64,000 bases of DNA, from NCBI GenBank assembly GCA_043759535.1, contig JAYVLI010000020.1, positions 7,718 to 71,717 on the forward strand. Reading direction: 5' to 3'. Below the pieces are notes generated by a model. The model was not told where the DNA came from, did no database searches, and was given only the letters and a program-made list of their open reading frames with translations. This DNA is from Betaproteobacteria bacterium (GTDB lineage: Bacteria; Pseudomonadota; Gammaproteobacteria; Burkholderiales; Burkholderiaceae_C). The number at the start of each line of letters is the position of its first letter. Within the stretch, counting starts at the first letter, position 1. This document shows positions 36,829 through 45,879 of this stretch, one piece after another. The position numbers and the translations under genes are program-made.

Positions 36829-38406
36829 ATGGACCAGCCGATCACTCCTCCGCAAGCCGCTGAAACGATGCCCTTTGCTGACCTGCCCACCCTGCTGGCC
36901 GCCCAGGCCCGCAACCGGCCTGACGCACTGGCCCTGGTGATTGGCGAGCGCCGCTACAGCTATGCCGCGCTGGACGCACTGGCCGACCAGGTGGCCGCAT
37001 CCCTGCAGCGCGACGGCCTGCAGCCGCAAGACGTGGTGGCTGTGTGCTCCGGTACCAACATCGAATACCTGGCGGTGTTCTTGGGCGCGCTGCGTGCTGG
37101 CGTGGCGGTGGCACCGCTGGCACCCAGCTCCACCGCAGCGCAGTTGATGGGCATGGCGGTGGACGCTGGCGCCAAGCGTTTTTTCATCGATGGGGATGTG
37201 CAGGCCGCCCTGGCCGCAGCCGGCATCACGGCGCCCCCCAGCCTGCCGTTGACCCGGCTGGACGCAGTGGACGCCCAAGCACCGCTTAGCGGCTGGCTGA
37301 TGCCCGCAGGAAGCAAACCAAAGCCGGTGGCCATCCAGCCGGCTTGGGCCTTCAACCTGATTTATTCCAGCGGCACCACCGGCACACCCAAAGGCATCGT
37401 GCAGTCGCACGCCATGCGCTGGGCCCACATCCAGCGGGCGGCCCTGTCGGGGTATGACCAGACCACCGTCACGCTGATTGCCACGCCGCTGTACAGCAAC
37501 ACCACGCTGGTCTCGGTGATCCCCACGCTGGCCTACGGTGGTTGCCTGGTGTTGATGCCCAAATTTGATACTGATAAGTTCTTGCACACCGCCCAAGCCG
37601 AGCGCGCCACCCACAGCATGCTGGTGCCGGTGCAGTACCAGCGCCTGCTGGCGCGGCCTGACTTCGAGCGTTTTGACTTGAGCAGCTACCGCACCAAGTT
37701 CTGCACCAGCGCGCCCTTCCACGCCGCACTCAAAGCCGATGTGCTAAAGCGCTGGCCGGGTGGCTTGGTGGAGTATTACGGCATGACCGAAGGTGGTGGC
37801 ACCTGCATCCTGCAAGCCCACCTGCACCCCACCAAGTTGCACACCGTGGGCCAGCCGGCCGAGGGCCACACCATCCTGCTGATCGATGAAGCCGGCCAGC
37901 CGGTGACCACCGTGGGCGAGAGTGGCGAGGTGGTGGGCCGATCCCCCGGCATGATGACGGGCTACCACAACCAGCCCGAAAAGACGGCCGAGGCCGAGTG
38001 GTTTGATGCGCAGGGCCAGCGCTACATCCGCACCGGTGATGTGGGCCGGTTTGATGCCGATGGCTTCTTGACGCTGCACGACCGGCGCAAGGACATGGTG
38101 ATCAGCGGCGGCTTCAACATCTACCCGAGTGACCTGGAGGCCGTGCTGCGCACCCATGCTGCGGTGGCCGATGCGGCGGTGGTGGGCATCCCGTCTGCCG
38201 AATGGGGCGAGACGCCGGTGGCGTTTGTGGTGCGGCGGGCGGGTGAAACCACCGACGCCGAGACGCTGCGCGCCTGGTTCAACCTGCAGGTGGGCAAAAC
38301 ACAGCGCTTGTCCGGCCTGCGGCTGGTGGATGAACTGCCACGCAGCGCGATTGGCAAAGTGCTCAAACGTGAGCTGCGGGATGCCTGGGGTGCGACCGGG
38401 GCCTGA
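36829..38406 (+). CDS. AMP-binding acyl-CoA ligase
   Basis: YSSGTTGTPKG, YGMTEGG, RTGDVG and MVISGGFNIYP. Confidence 0.92.
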   Translation: MDQPITPPQAAETMPFADLPTLLAAQARNRPDALALVIGERRYSYAALDALADQVAASLQRDGLQPQDVVAVCSGTNIEYLAVFLGALRAGVAVAPLAPSSTAAQLMGMAVDAGAKRFFIDGDVQAALAAAGITAPPSLPLTRLDAVDAQAPLSGWLMPAGSKPKPVAIQPAWAFNLIYSSGTTGTPKGIVQSHAMRWAHIQRAALSGYDQTTVTLIATPLYSNTTLVSVIPTLAYGGCLVLMPKFDTDKFLHTAQAERATHSMLVPVQYQRLLARPDFERFDLSSYRTKFCTSAPFHAALKADVLKRWPGGLVEYYGMTEGGGTCILQAHLHPTKLHTVGQPAEGHTILLIDEAGQPVTTVGESGEVVGRSPGMMTGYHNQPEKTAEAEWFDAQGQRYIRTGDVGRFDADGFLTLHDRRKDMVISGGFNIYPSDLEAVLRTHAAVADAAVVGIPSAEWGETPVAFVVRRAGETTDAETLRAWFNLQVGKTQRLSGLRLVDELPRSAIGKVLKRELRDAWGATGA

Positions 38407-38415
38407 CGGCCCACA

Positions 38416-39801
38416 TCAACGCCGGTTGCGGGCCGGGCGCGCCGCTGCAGCAGCAGCGGCTTGTGCAGCCGCCTCGCGCAGCTTGTCTTTCTTGCTCTTG
38501 CGCCGGCCTTTGATACCGCCGTTTTGATCGGCGTTTTGATCCCCAAGCTGCGGCCCATCACCCGCTGCAGCGTCATCGGCCAGCACCGGTGGCGCCAGGG
38601 CGGGCTCAAAACCCGGCACCTGCTCTCTCGGCACCCGCTCGCCCTGGCGTTTTTCGATCAGGCGGAAATGCGGCTCACTGCCCGGTGCATCGGCGCAGAT
38701 GAAGCTCACCGCCTGGCCTGCCAAACCGGCCCGGCCGGTGCGGCCGATGCGGTGGGTGTAGTCCACCGCCGAGCGTGGCAAATCATGGTTGACCACGGCC
38801 GCCAACCCAACCACATCAATGCCCCGGGCGGCCAGGTCAGTGGCCACCAGCGCCTGCAGCCGGCCGGCGCGCAAGTCGGCCAGCATCTGGCTGCGCCGGC
38901 CCATGCTTTGCTGGCCGTGCAGCGCAGCGGCTTTGATGCCGGCGCGGATCAGCTTGTCGGCCACATGCGCACTGGCGTACTGGGTGGCCACAAACACCAG
39001 CACCCGGTCCCAACCGGCGGTTTGGATCAGGTGGCGCAGCAGCGCGGTGCGGCGTGGTGTGTCCACCACGATGGCGCGCTGTTGGATGTCGGGTGCGGCG
39101 GCGGCCGGGCCGCTGATGTCCACCTGCAGCGGGCTGCGCAGCAACTGCGTGGCCAGCGTGGCCACGGCGGCGGGCATGGTGGCGGAGAACAGCAGGGTCT
39201 GGCGCGCTTTGGTGGGTGACTGGGGCGTGCCAAGGTGCGCCAGCAAGCGGCCCACCTCATCGGCAAAACCCAGGTCCAGCAGCTTGTCGGCTTCGTCCAG
39301 CACCAACAGCGGCAAGCCACCAAGCTGCAGCGCGTTGTGGTCCAGCAAGTCCAGCAGCCGGCCGGGCGTGGCCACCACCACCTGGGCGCCACCCCGCAAA
39401 GCCATCATCTGCGGGTTGATGGACAAACCACCCACCGCCAGCACACATTTCAGGCCGGGTGCGGCGCTGCGGGCCAGGCTGTCGATCACACCAGCGGTCT
39501 GCGCGGCCAGCTCACGTGTGGGTGCCAGCACCAGTACACGCAGGCGGCGTGGCCGCTCATGCTGCCAGTCAGGGTCTTGCAGCACGGCCTGCAGCAGCGG
39601 CAGGGCAAATGCAGCGGTTTTGCCCGATCCGGTGGGCGCGATGGCCAGCAGATCACGGCCTTGCAGCACGGCCGGCACAGCCGCAAGCTGCACCGGCGTG
39701 GGCGCCAGCCAACCGGCGCCAGACGCGGCCTGGGCCAGTGCGCCGCACAGGCCGAGATCGGAAAATTGGGGGTGGTCTGGCAAGCTCAAGAGGTGGTCCA
39801 A
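38416..39801 (-). CDS. DEAD-box RNA helicase (RhlE-like)
   Basis: Q motif PTPVQ, APTGSGKT, PTRELA, DEAD, SAT and HRIGRTGRAG. Start (TTG 39801) approximate. Confidence 0.92.
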   Translation of the reverse strand: MDHLLSLPDHPQFSDLGLCGALAQAASGAGWLAPTPVQLAAVPAVLQGRDLLAIAPTGSGKTAAFALPLLQAVLQDPDWQHERPRRLRVLVLAPTRELAAQTAGVIDSLARSAAPGLKCVLAVGGLSINPQMMALRGGAQVVVATPGRLLDLLDHNALQLGGLPLLVLDEADKLLDLGFADEVGRLLAHLGTPQSPTKARQTLLFSATMPAAVATLATQLLRSPLQVDISGPAAAAPDIQQRAIVVDTPRRTALLRHLIQTAGWDRVLVFVATQYASAHVADKLIRAGIKAAALHGQQSMGRRSQMLADLRAGRLQALVATDLAARGIDVVGLAAVVNHDLPRSAVDYTHRIGRTGRAGLAGQAVSFICADAPGSEPHFRLIEKRQGERVPREQVPGFEPALAPPVLADDAAAGDGPQLGDQNADQNGGIKGRRKSKKDKLREAAAQAAAAAAARPARNRR

Positions 39802-39866
39802 AACGGGCGGCAACGCGGGGCGGCAAGGCGGTGCGGCGCGCCGCAAGTCAGTGTACGGTGCGGTGC

Positions 39867-40538
39867 ATGTGCAACCAGTCCGCCGCCCTGCCACCGCCAG
39901 CGCTCCCAGCCGCCAACCCAACGCGCCCGGTGTGTGGCCGTTGCGCCTTGCCGCTGGCCAGTTGCGTGTGCCGCTGGGTCACGCCAACCGCCAATCTGGC
40001 GCAGGTGCTGCTGTTGCAACATCCCAAAGAAGCACGGCAAGCCAAAGGCACTGCGCGCCTGCTGCGGCTGAGCCTGCAGCACTGTGATTGCCGGGTGGGC
40101 GAGGTGTTTGATGCGGCGGTGTTGGGCTTTGCTGGCAGCCTGCAGACCTGGCTGCTGTATCCGGCCGCGCCGGACACGGCCACCAACGCGCCGACAAGCG
40201 CAACCGCGTCGCCGTCGCCACACCCCAACCCCACCCACTGCCGCCTGCTGCTGCTGGACGGCACCTGGCGCCAGGCGCGCCACCTGCTGCAGGTCAACCC
40301 GTGGCTGCTGGCCTTGCCACGTTGGCCGCTGCTGGCGCCACCGCCGTCGCGCTACCGCATCCGCCAGGCGCAGCGGCCGGAGCAGCGGTCCACCCTGGAG
40401 GCCGCCTGCCTGGCACTGGCCATGCTGGAGGCGGCACCCAAGCGCTACAACCCACTGCTGGCTGCGTTTGACGGCTGGGTGGCCAGCTGCGCTGACCGAA
40501 TCACACGGCTCCATCGGGCGACACCACCGGCCACCTGA
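39867..40538 (+). CDS. DTW-domain tRNA-uridine aminocarboxypropyltransferase (TapT/YfiP-like)
   Basis: CGRC...CVC, LQHPKE, LLYP, LLDGTWRQA, SRYRIR and STLEA. Start approximate. Confidence 0.85.
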   Translation: MCNQSAALPPPALPAANPTRPVCGRCALPLASCVCRWVTPTANLAQVLLLQHPKEARQAKGTARLLRLSLQHCDCRVGEVFDAAVLGFAGSLQTWLLYPAAPDTATNAPTSATASPSPHPNPTHCRLLLLDGTWRQARHLLQVNPWLLALPRWPLLAPPPSRYRIRQAQRPEQRSTLEAACLALAMLEAAPKRYNPLLAAFDGWVASCADRITRLHRATPPAT

Positions 40539-40625
40539 CAGCGGGCAATCCCCGTGGGCAGCGCCAGGCAGCATCCCCACAATGTCTGGCAAACCGCGCC
40601 GCAGCGCGCGACACCAGGAGCCCAC

Positions 40626-42194
40626 ATGTACCCCGCAACCACCGCCCGGAGCCACCCCGACCGGCTGGCCTTCATCATGGCCAGCAGCGGTGAATCGATG
40701 AGCTACCGCAGCCTGGACCAGCGCAGCAACCGCCTGGCCCACTTGCTGCGCGCCCAAGGCCTGCAGCGGCTGGGCCACTACGCCATCTTCATGGAGAACA
40801 ACAGCCGCTTCATCGAGGCCTGCATGGCGGGTGAGCGCAGCGGCCTGTACTACACCTGCGTCAACGCCTACCTCAAGGCCGACGAGTTGGCCTACATCCT
40901 GAACAACAGCGAGTCCAAGCTGCTGGTCACCTCAGCCGCCCTGCTGGACGTGGCACGCCAGGCCCTGCCCGACTGCCCGGGCGTGCGGCTTTGCCTGGTG
41001 GTGGGCGGGGGTGACGCGGTGAAGGGCACAGTGGGCGCAGCCCAGGTGCGTGACTACGAGATTGCCGTGGCCGGCCTGCCAGACACCCCGGTGGCCGATG
41101 AGTGGCTGGGCACGGCCATGCTGTATTCATCCGGCACCACCGGCCGGCCCAAAGGTATCCTGCGGCCACTGCCCGATACCCCACCCAGCCAGCCGCTGCC
41201 GCTGTTCAACTTCTTGAACGCGCTCTGGCAGTGTGAGGACGGCATGCGCTATTTGTCACCCGCGCCGCTGTACCACTCCGCCCCGCTGGCCAATGTGAGC
41301 CTGGCGCTGCGCAATGGTGGCACCGTGGTGGTCATGGAGCACTTTGACCCTGAGCATTACCTGACGCTGGTGGCCCAGCACCGCATCACCCACACCCAGC
41401 TGGTGCCCACCATGTTCTCGCGGCTGCTCAAGCTGCCGGCTTCAACGCGGGCCAGCGCCGACTTGTCGTCGCTCAAGATCGCGGTGCATGCCGCAGCGCC
41501 CTGCCCGGCCCAGGTCAAAGAACAGATGATCGACTGGTGGGGCCCCATCATCCATGAGTACTACGGCGCCACCGAGGGCCTGGGCTTTACCGCCTGCAAC
41601 ACGCCCGAATGGCTGGCGCACCGGGGCACCGTGGGCCGGGTGTTGTTGGGGGATTTGCAGGTGCTCGACGAGCTGATGCAGCCGGTGGCCAAGGGCGCAT
41701 CGGGTGAGATCTGGTTCAAGACCGCATCACCCTTTGTCTACTTCAACGACCCCGAGCGCACCGCGCTGACCCGCTCACCCGACGGCAGCATGAGCACCGT
41801 GGGCGACATGGGCTATCTGGACGACGATGGGTTTCTGTACCTGACTGACCGGTCCACCTTCATGATCATTTCGGGCGGCGTCAACATCTACCCGCAAGAG
41901 TGCGAGAACCTGTTGATCACCCATCCCAAAGTGGCCGATGCGGCGGTGTTTGGGGTGCCCAACCCAGACCTGGGCGAAGAGGTCAAAGCGGTGGTGCAAC
42001 CCGTGCCTGGGGTAGAGCCCGGCGCGGCGCTGGCGCAAGAGTTGATGGCGTTTTGCGCTGAGCACCTGTCACGCCAAAAATGCCCACGCTCGGTGGACTT
42101 CAGCGACCAGTTGCCGCGGTTGCCTACCGGCAAACTCTACAAACGGCTGCTGCGGGATCCGTACTGGGCGGGCCACAAAAGCCGCATCGTCTGA
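40626..42194 (+). CDS. AMP-binding acyl-CoA ligase
   Basis: YSSGTTGRPKG, SPAPLYH, YGATEG, MIISGGVNIYPQE and TGKLYKR. AGGAG RBS. Confidence 0.92.
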   Translation: MYPATTARSHPDRLAFIMASSGESMSYRSLDQRSNRLAHLLRAQGLQRLGHYAIFMENNSRFIEACMAGERSGLYYTCVNAYLKADELAYILNNSESKLLVTSAALLDVARQALPDCPGVRLCLVVGGGDAVKGTVGAAQVRDYEIAVAGLPDTPVADEWLGTAMLYSSGTTGRPKGILRPLPDTPPSQPLPLFNFLNALWQCEDGMRYLSPAPLYHSAPLANVSLALRNGGTVVVMEHFDPEHYLTLVAQHRITHTQLVPTMFSRLLKLPASTRASADLSSLKIAVHAAAPCPAQVKEQMIDWWGPIIHEYYGATEGLGFTACNTPEWLAHRGTVGRVLLGDLQVLDELMQPVAKGASGEIWFKTASPFVYFNDPERTALTRSPDGSMSTVGDMGYLDDDGFLYLTDRSTFMIISGGVNIYPQECENLLITHPKVADAAVFGVPNPDLGEEVKAVVQPVPGVEPGAALAQELMAFCAEHLSRQKCPRSVDFSDQLPRLPTGKLYKRLLRDPYWAGHKSRIV

Positions 42195-42247
42195 CGGCCA
42201 CATGGCTGCGGGCCGTGCGCTGTGCAGCGCATCCCTCAGCAGACCAT

Positions 42248-42610
42248 TCAGCGCGTCAGGGCCGCAACAGTGCTGGCGCCGGCGGCCACCGGCGGTGCAT
42301 CCACCGCCGGGCCCATGGTCCAGCGCACCGATGCCGGCGGCTGCACCAAAAATGTATTGCTGTCCGGGCCGGCGACGTGCTGCGCTGCGTGTGCCGCCGC
42401 CAGCACCGCTGGATGTTCACCATTGGTATGCAGCACCCTGTTGCGCGGGCTGGCCGGGTGGCCCACGATGAAGGTGTTGGCATCCACCCCAGGCAGCTTG
42501 CGGGCAGCAAACACGGCGGGGTGCTGGCCCACATCCTGGGCGCTGGCGGGCTGGCCACACAGCGTGGCGGCAAGGGCAGTGCCCAGGGTGATCAAACAAC
42601 GGATGGTCAT
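42248..42610 (-). CDS. Small exported protein with two internal HPAV...NTF repeats
   Basis: Signal peptide ending ASA|Q. Repeats GQHPAVFAAR...DANTFIVGHPAS and GEHPAVLAAA...DSNTFLVQPPAS. Confidence 0.7.
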   Translation of the reverse strand: MTIRCLITLGTALAATLCGQPASAQDVGQHPAVFAARKLPGVDANTFIVGHPASPRNRVLHTNGEHPAVLAAAHAAQHVAGPDSNTFLVQPPASVRWTMGPAVDAPPVAAGASTVAALTR

Positions 42611-42812
42611 GGTGGGTCTTTAGCAAAGGCGCAAAACGGGCGCTTGTGGCGCGGGCCTGCAGGCTTCAAAACGCGGCCAGCAAGATGGCCGGCGCAGGGT
42701 GTACCCACCATATTAGTATTTACCCTAGTCTGCCGAGCACTGATCCACCACATCCAGGGTCGTGGGCGGGCCCTGTCGCCCGGGTTGCACCACCACACAG
42801 CCGATCGCCGAC

Positions 42813-42826
42813 AATCAAATTTGATT
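42813..42826. promoter_or_regulatory. Perfect palindrome upstream of ribA, candidate operator
   Basis: AATCAAATTTGATT, AT-rich within a GC-rich context. Confidence 0.4.
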
Positions 42827-42887
42827 CTGTCGCCGGCTCGATCAGCCTCGCGCCCAACTCCGCGCCCAGCCACTTGCGGCCCCCGCC

Positions 42888-43571
42888 ATGAACGCCCGTC
42901 TCCAGACTGCTGCCCCGTCCCTGCTTGCCGACCCCCGCAACCCGCCTGTTGCGGGCACACTGGTGCATTGCCAATTGCCCACGCCCTGGGGTGAGTTCAC
43001 CCTGCACGGCCTGGTGGACAGCAGCACCGGCGCCGAGCATGCCGCCATGAGCTTGGGCGCCCTGGATGATGGCCAGCCGGTGCTGACCCGGATGCACAGC
43101 GAATGCCTGACCGGCGACACGCTGTACAGCCTGAAATGTGATTGCGGTGCTCAGCTGGAGGCCAGTCTGCAAGCCATCGCCCAAGCCGGGCGCGGCGTGC
43201 TGCTGTACCTGCGCCAGGAGGGCCGAGGCATTGGCCTGGTCAACAAAATTCGCGCTTATGCGCTGCAACAAGCCGGCGCCGACACGGTGGAGGCCAACCG
43301 CCTGCTGGGCTTGCCCGACGATGCACGCGATTACACCGTGGCCGCCAGCATGCTGCGCCAGTTGGGGGTGCAGCAGGTGCGCCTGCTGACCAACAACCCG
43401 GCCAAAGTGGACGCGCTGCAGCGTCTGGGCATCACGGTGGTGGAGCGGCTGCCGCTGCACATGCCGTCAAACCCGCACAACCCGGGCTATCTGCAGACCA
43501 AGTCACGCCGCATGGGGCATTACGGGCCAGATGATCTGGGCGATTTGATTTCGCCTGCCACGCTGGGTTGA
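42888..43571 (+). CDS. ribA: GTP cyclohydrolase II
   Basis: RMHSECLTGD, CDCGAQL, QEGRGIGL, DTVEAN and LLTNNP.K. Confidence 0.95.
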   Translation: MNARLQTAAPSLLADPRNPPVAGTLVHCQLPTPWGEFTLHGLVDSSTGAEHAAMSLGALDDGQPVLTRMHSECLTGDTLYSLKCDCGAQLEASLQAIAQAGRGVLLYLRQEGRGIGLVNKIRAYALQQAGADTVEANRLLGLPDDARDYTVAASMLRQLGVQQVRLLTNNPAKVDALQRLGITVVERLPLHMPSNPHNPGYLQTKSRRMGHYGPDDLGDLISPATLG

Positions 43572-43590
43572 GCGCAGCCGCCCGCCGCGC

Positions 43591-45240
43591 TCAAGCAAAG
43601 CGCGCTGGGTTGAGCGGCTCGGTGTCGCCCAGTTGGGCCGCTACGGCCAGCAGTTGCGCGGGTGTGGGTTGGTCCCAGTGCTCGCCGATGGCGGCGCGGG
43701 CGTAAAACCGCAGCATCTCATGCAGCACCATCGGGTGCTGCCAGCCATTGCCCTGCAGGCGCTTGCGGATGGACGGATGCACTTGGCGTGCGGCCATGTC
43801 GTCCAGCAGCATGTCGCACAGGCGGCTCTGCTCTTGTGCTGACAGGCTGGCGATGTCGGCGCTGATCTGCGCGTGCCGGCGTGCCAGCCAGGCCGTCACC
43901 CACTGGGCGTGGCGGCGCTGTTCGGCGGGGTTGGCTGATGGGCTGGCTGCTGGGCTAATGGGTGGGCTGGTGGGTGGGTTCACCGATGGATGGGCTGGTG
44001 GGTTGCCCGATGCGTTGCTTGATTGCCGGGATGACAGGCGGGCCGACCCGGCGGCGTTGGCAGCGGCGTTGGTGGGCCAGCCCGGCGCAGCAGGCTCCGC
44101 AACACGGCCCTGGTCCGTCTGGCTGTCCTGCAGTGCCGCGCCCTGCCCTGCCGGCGTGCCCGGCCCCGGCATCAAGGCCTTGAGGTAGCGGTGGGGGTCG
44201 CGCAGCGGCTCGGGGAAGGCGCTGGCCACCCGCCGCTGCAGGGCATCCAGACCGTTGCGCAGGGCGTCCTCGCCGTAGGTATCGGCCAAGGCTTCGGCCT
44301 GGCTGTCATCCACGCCCAGCGCCTGGGCCCGCACCACCAGCGACAAATCCACCGGCTCGGTGGCTGGGCGCAAAGGCAGCTGGGCCTGCGGTTTGCGGCG
44401 GATGAGGAACTGCAACTCGTCGATGAAGCGGCCGGCTTTGTGCTCCACCAGTTCGATGTCCAGGTCAGTGACGGCATTGACCTCGGCGATTGCCGGCTTG
44501 AGCGTGTCGCGCTTGAAGATGCGGTATTCCAGCCTGGCGGTTTTTTCAGACTCGGGCCGGCCGCTCAGCACCGGCCGCCACCAGCCCCAGGCCTGGCGCG
44601 AGGTGCGGCCGATGTCCTTGTAACGCGAGCAGATCTCGTACAACGCAATGCCGGCATGCGAGCGCAGCTGCGAGATCACCTCCAGCGACAGGCGCGCAAA
44701 CACCGTGGGCTCCAGCAACTCCTGCTTCAGGTTGACGGCGTAAGACCACTCTACCCAGACTTGGCCACGCACCTTGCTGAGGCGGGCGTGGGCCAGCAGG
44801 CCGCTGACGTTCCACGATGAACCCTCGCCGGTGGTGGGCGACTGCCATTCCACCGTGGTGGACACCATGGCGCGCAAGTGCTTTTTGATCAGCGCCTGGT
44901 CGTTAGAGTCAAAGTCGATGCCGCGGATGATGCGTTCCAGCGGCGCCTGGAACACCGCCTTGTCCAGCCCCTGCGCTTGCGCCTCGTGCAGCAACACGTT
45001 GTAGCTTTTGCGGCCCAGCGAGGTGATCTTGTGCGACTTGGGCACGATGGCCAGGGTGTTGACCGGTTTGCGCAGCAGCGGCTCGGGCTCAGGGGCGAGC
45101 AGGCGGGGTGCGGGACGGGCTGGATGCCGTTTGGCCGCCGGCGCAGGTTTGGGCTGTGCCAAGCGGGGCGGCGGTGCCGGCGCCACCTCGGCCACTGGTG
45201 CGGGCATGGCAAAGGGCTGGGCCGGTGGCGTGTCAGACAT
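43591..45240 (-). CDS. Replication initiation protein (Rep_3/RepB-like)
   Basis: LRKPVNTL, GRKSYNVLL, IALYEICSRY and FKRDTLKPAIAEVN..TDLDIEL (Rep_3-like winged helices). Divergent from parAB. Confidence 0.85.
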   Translation of the reverse strand: MSDTPPAQPFAMPAPVAEVAPAPPPRLAQPKPAPAAKRHPARPAPRLLAPEPEPLLRKPVNTLAIVPKSHKITSLGRKSYNVLLHEAQAQGLDKAVFQAPLERIIRGIDFDSNDQALIKKHLRAMVSTTVEWQSPTTGEGSSWNVSGLLAHARLSKVRGQVWVEWSYAVNLKQELLEPTVFARLSLEVISQLRSHAGIALYEICSRYKDIGRTSRQAWGWWRPVLSGRPESEKTARLEYRIFKRDTLKPAIAEVNAVTDLDIELVEHKAGRFIDELQFLIRRKPQAQLPLRPATEPVDLSLVVRAQALGVDDSQAEALADTYGEDALRNGLDALQRRVASAFPEPLRDPHRYLKALMPGPGTPAGQGAALQDSQTDQGRVAEPAAPGWPTNAAANAAGSARLSSRQSSNASGNPPAHPSVNPPTSPPISPAASPSANPAEQRRHAQWVTAWLARRHAQISADIASLSAQEQSRLCDMLLDDMAARQVHPSIRKRLQGNGWQHPMVLHEMLRFYARAAIGEHWDQPTPAQLLAVAAQLGDTEPLNPARFA

Positions 45241-45265
45241 GCCAGCATCGTAGCGCAGGTGGTCT

Positions 45266-45290
45266 TCAGGTGAAGCTGCGGTTCACCTGA
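45266..45290. promoter_or_regulatory. Inverted repeat in front of rep, candidate Rep autoregulatory operator
   Basis: TCAGGTGAA-N7-TTCACCTGA. The half-site TCACCTGA matches the iteron end. Confidence 0.6.
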
Positions 45291-45315
45291 GGTTTTGGAC
45301 ACAGCGGTGAAACGC

Positions 45316-45390
45316 TTTCCTGAAAACTCTCACCTGAAACTGGCCTTGTCTGTTGGCTGCTGCGCAGGCTTGTTTCCTGAAAACTCTCAC
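45316..45390 (+). repeat. Iteron-like direct repeats TTTCCTGAAAACTCTCAC
   Basis: Exact 18-mer at 45316-45333 and 45373-45390, a partial copy at 45661, and a degenerate copy at 48293-48312. Confidence 0.75.
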
Positions 45391-45458
45391 TTCAAAGGTT
45401 GTGGCTTTGGTGTTGCTTGGCGAGCGCTCGCCAATGTCGCGTTTCACGGCGGTGCGCA

Positions 45459-45528
45459 GCGGTGTTGGGGTTGAGCCCCCTTCCTTAGGCGCTGCGCAAT
45501 GCGTCAGGGGGCTCAACCCCAACACCGC
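45459..45528. repeat. Perfect 23-bp inverted repeat with 24-nt spacer
   Basis: GCGGTGTTGGGGTTGAGCCCCCT ... AGGGGGCTCAACCCCAACACCGC. Confidence 0.85.
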
Positions 45529-45879
45529 CTGTCGTGGCAGTGTGGTTTGCGTGGTCTTCAAACCTTCAAAACCCGCCGGTGTAGGCAGTGGAAAAACCCG
45601 AATCCACTCACAGAACCCCCTGTTGGGGTGCATGTTGGGCCCTGTATTCACACCGGGCAGTTCCTGAAAAAGCTCCGGATGGTCCCGTATCCCTGCATCT
45701 AGAACGCGGTAAGTGCTTGTCAACGAACGAGTTTTTGAGGCCTAAAGAATTTAAAGGAGTTTGAAGAGATTGAAATCTCCAAACAGTGTGGTGCTCTGTT
45801 GATCCAGCAGGCGCAGAAAAAGCAGCCCGCTGACGTGCTTTTGCTTTGCACTTAATGCTGCGCTTGACAAAATACAGCA

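Larger units (their letters stand above)
45241..45879. other. Putative replication origin of a secondary replicon
   Basis: Non-coding gap between rep and parA containing inverted repeats, iteron-like direct repeats and an AT-rich stretch at about 45700-45790. Confidence 0.7.

Noticed and set aside
42611-42887. FMN riboswitch upstream of ribA
   Set aside because: None of the RFN conserved motifs are present.
45642-45652. DnaA box in the origin (GTATTCACA)
   Set aside because: A single imperfect match, too weak to call.
45241-45700. CRISPR array in the repeat-rich rep-parA gap
   Set aside because: Only two exact 18-bp copies, no regular repeat-spacer series and no cas genes. The context favours iterons.
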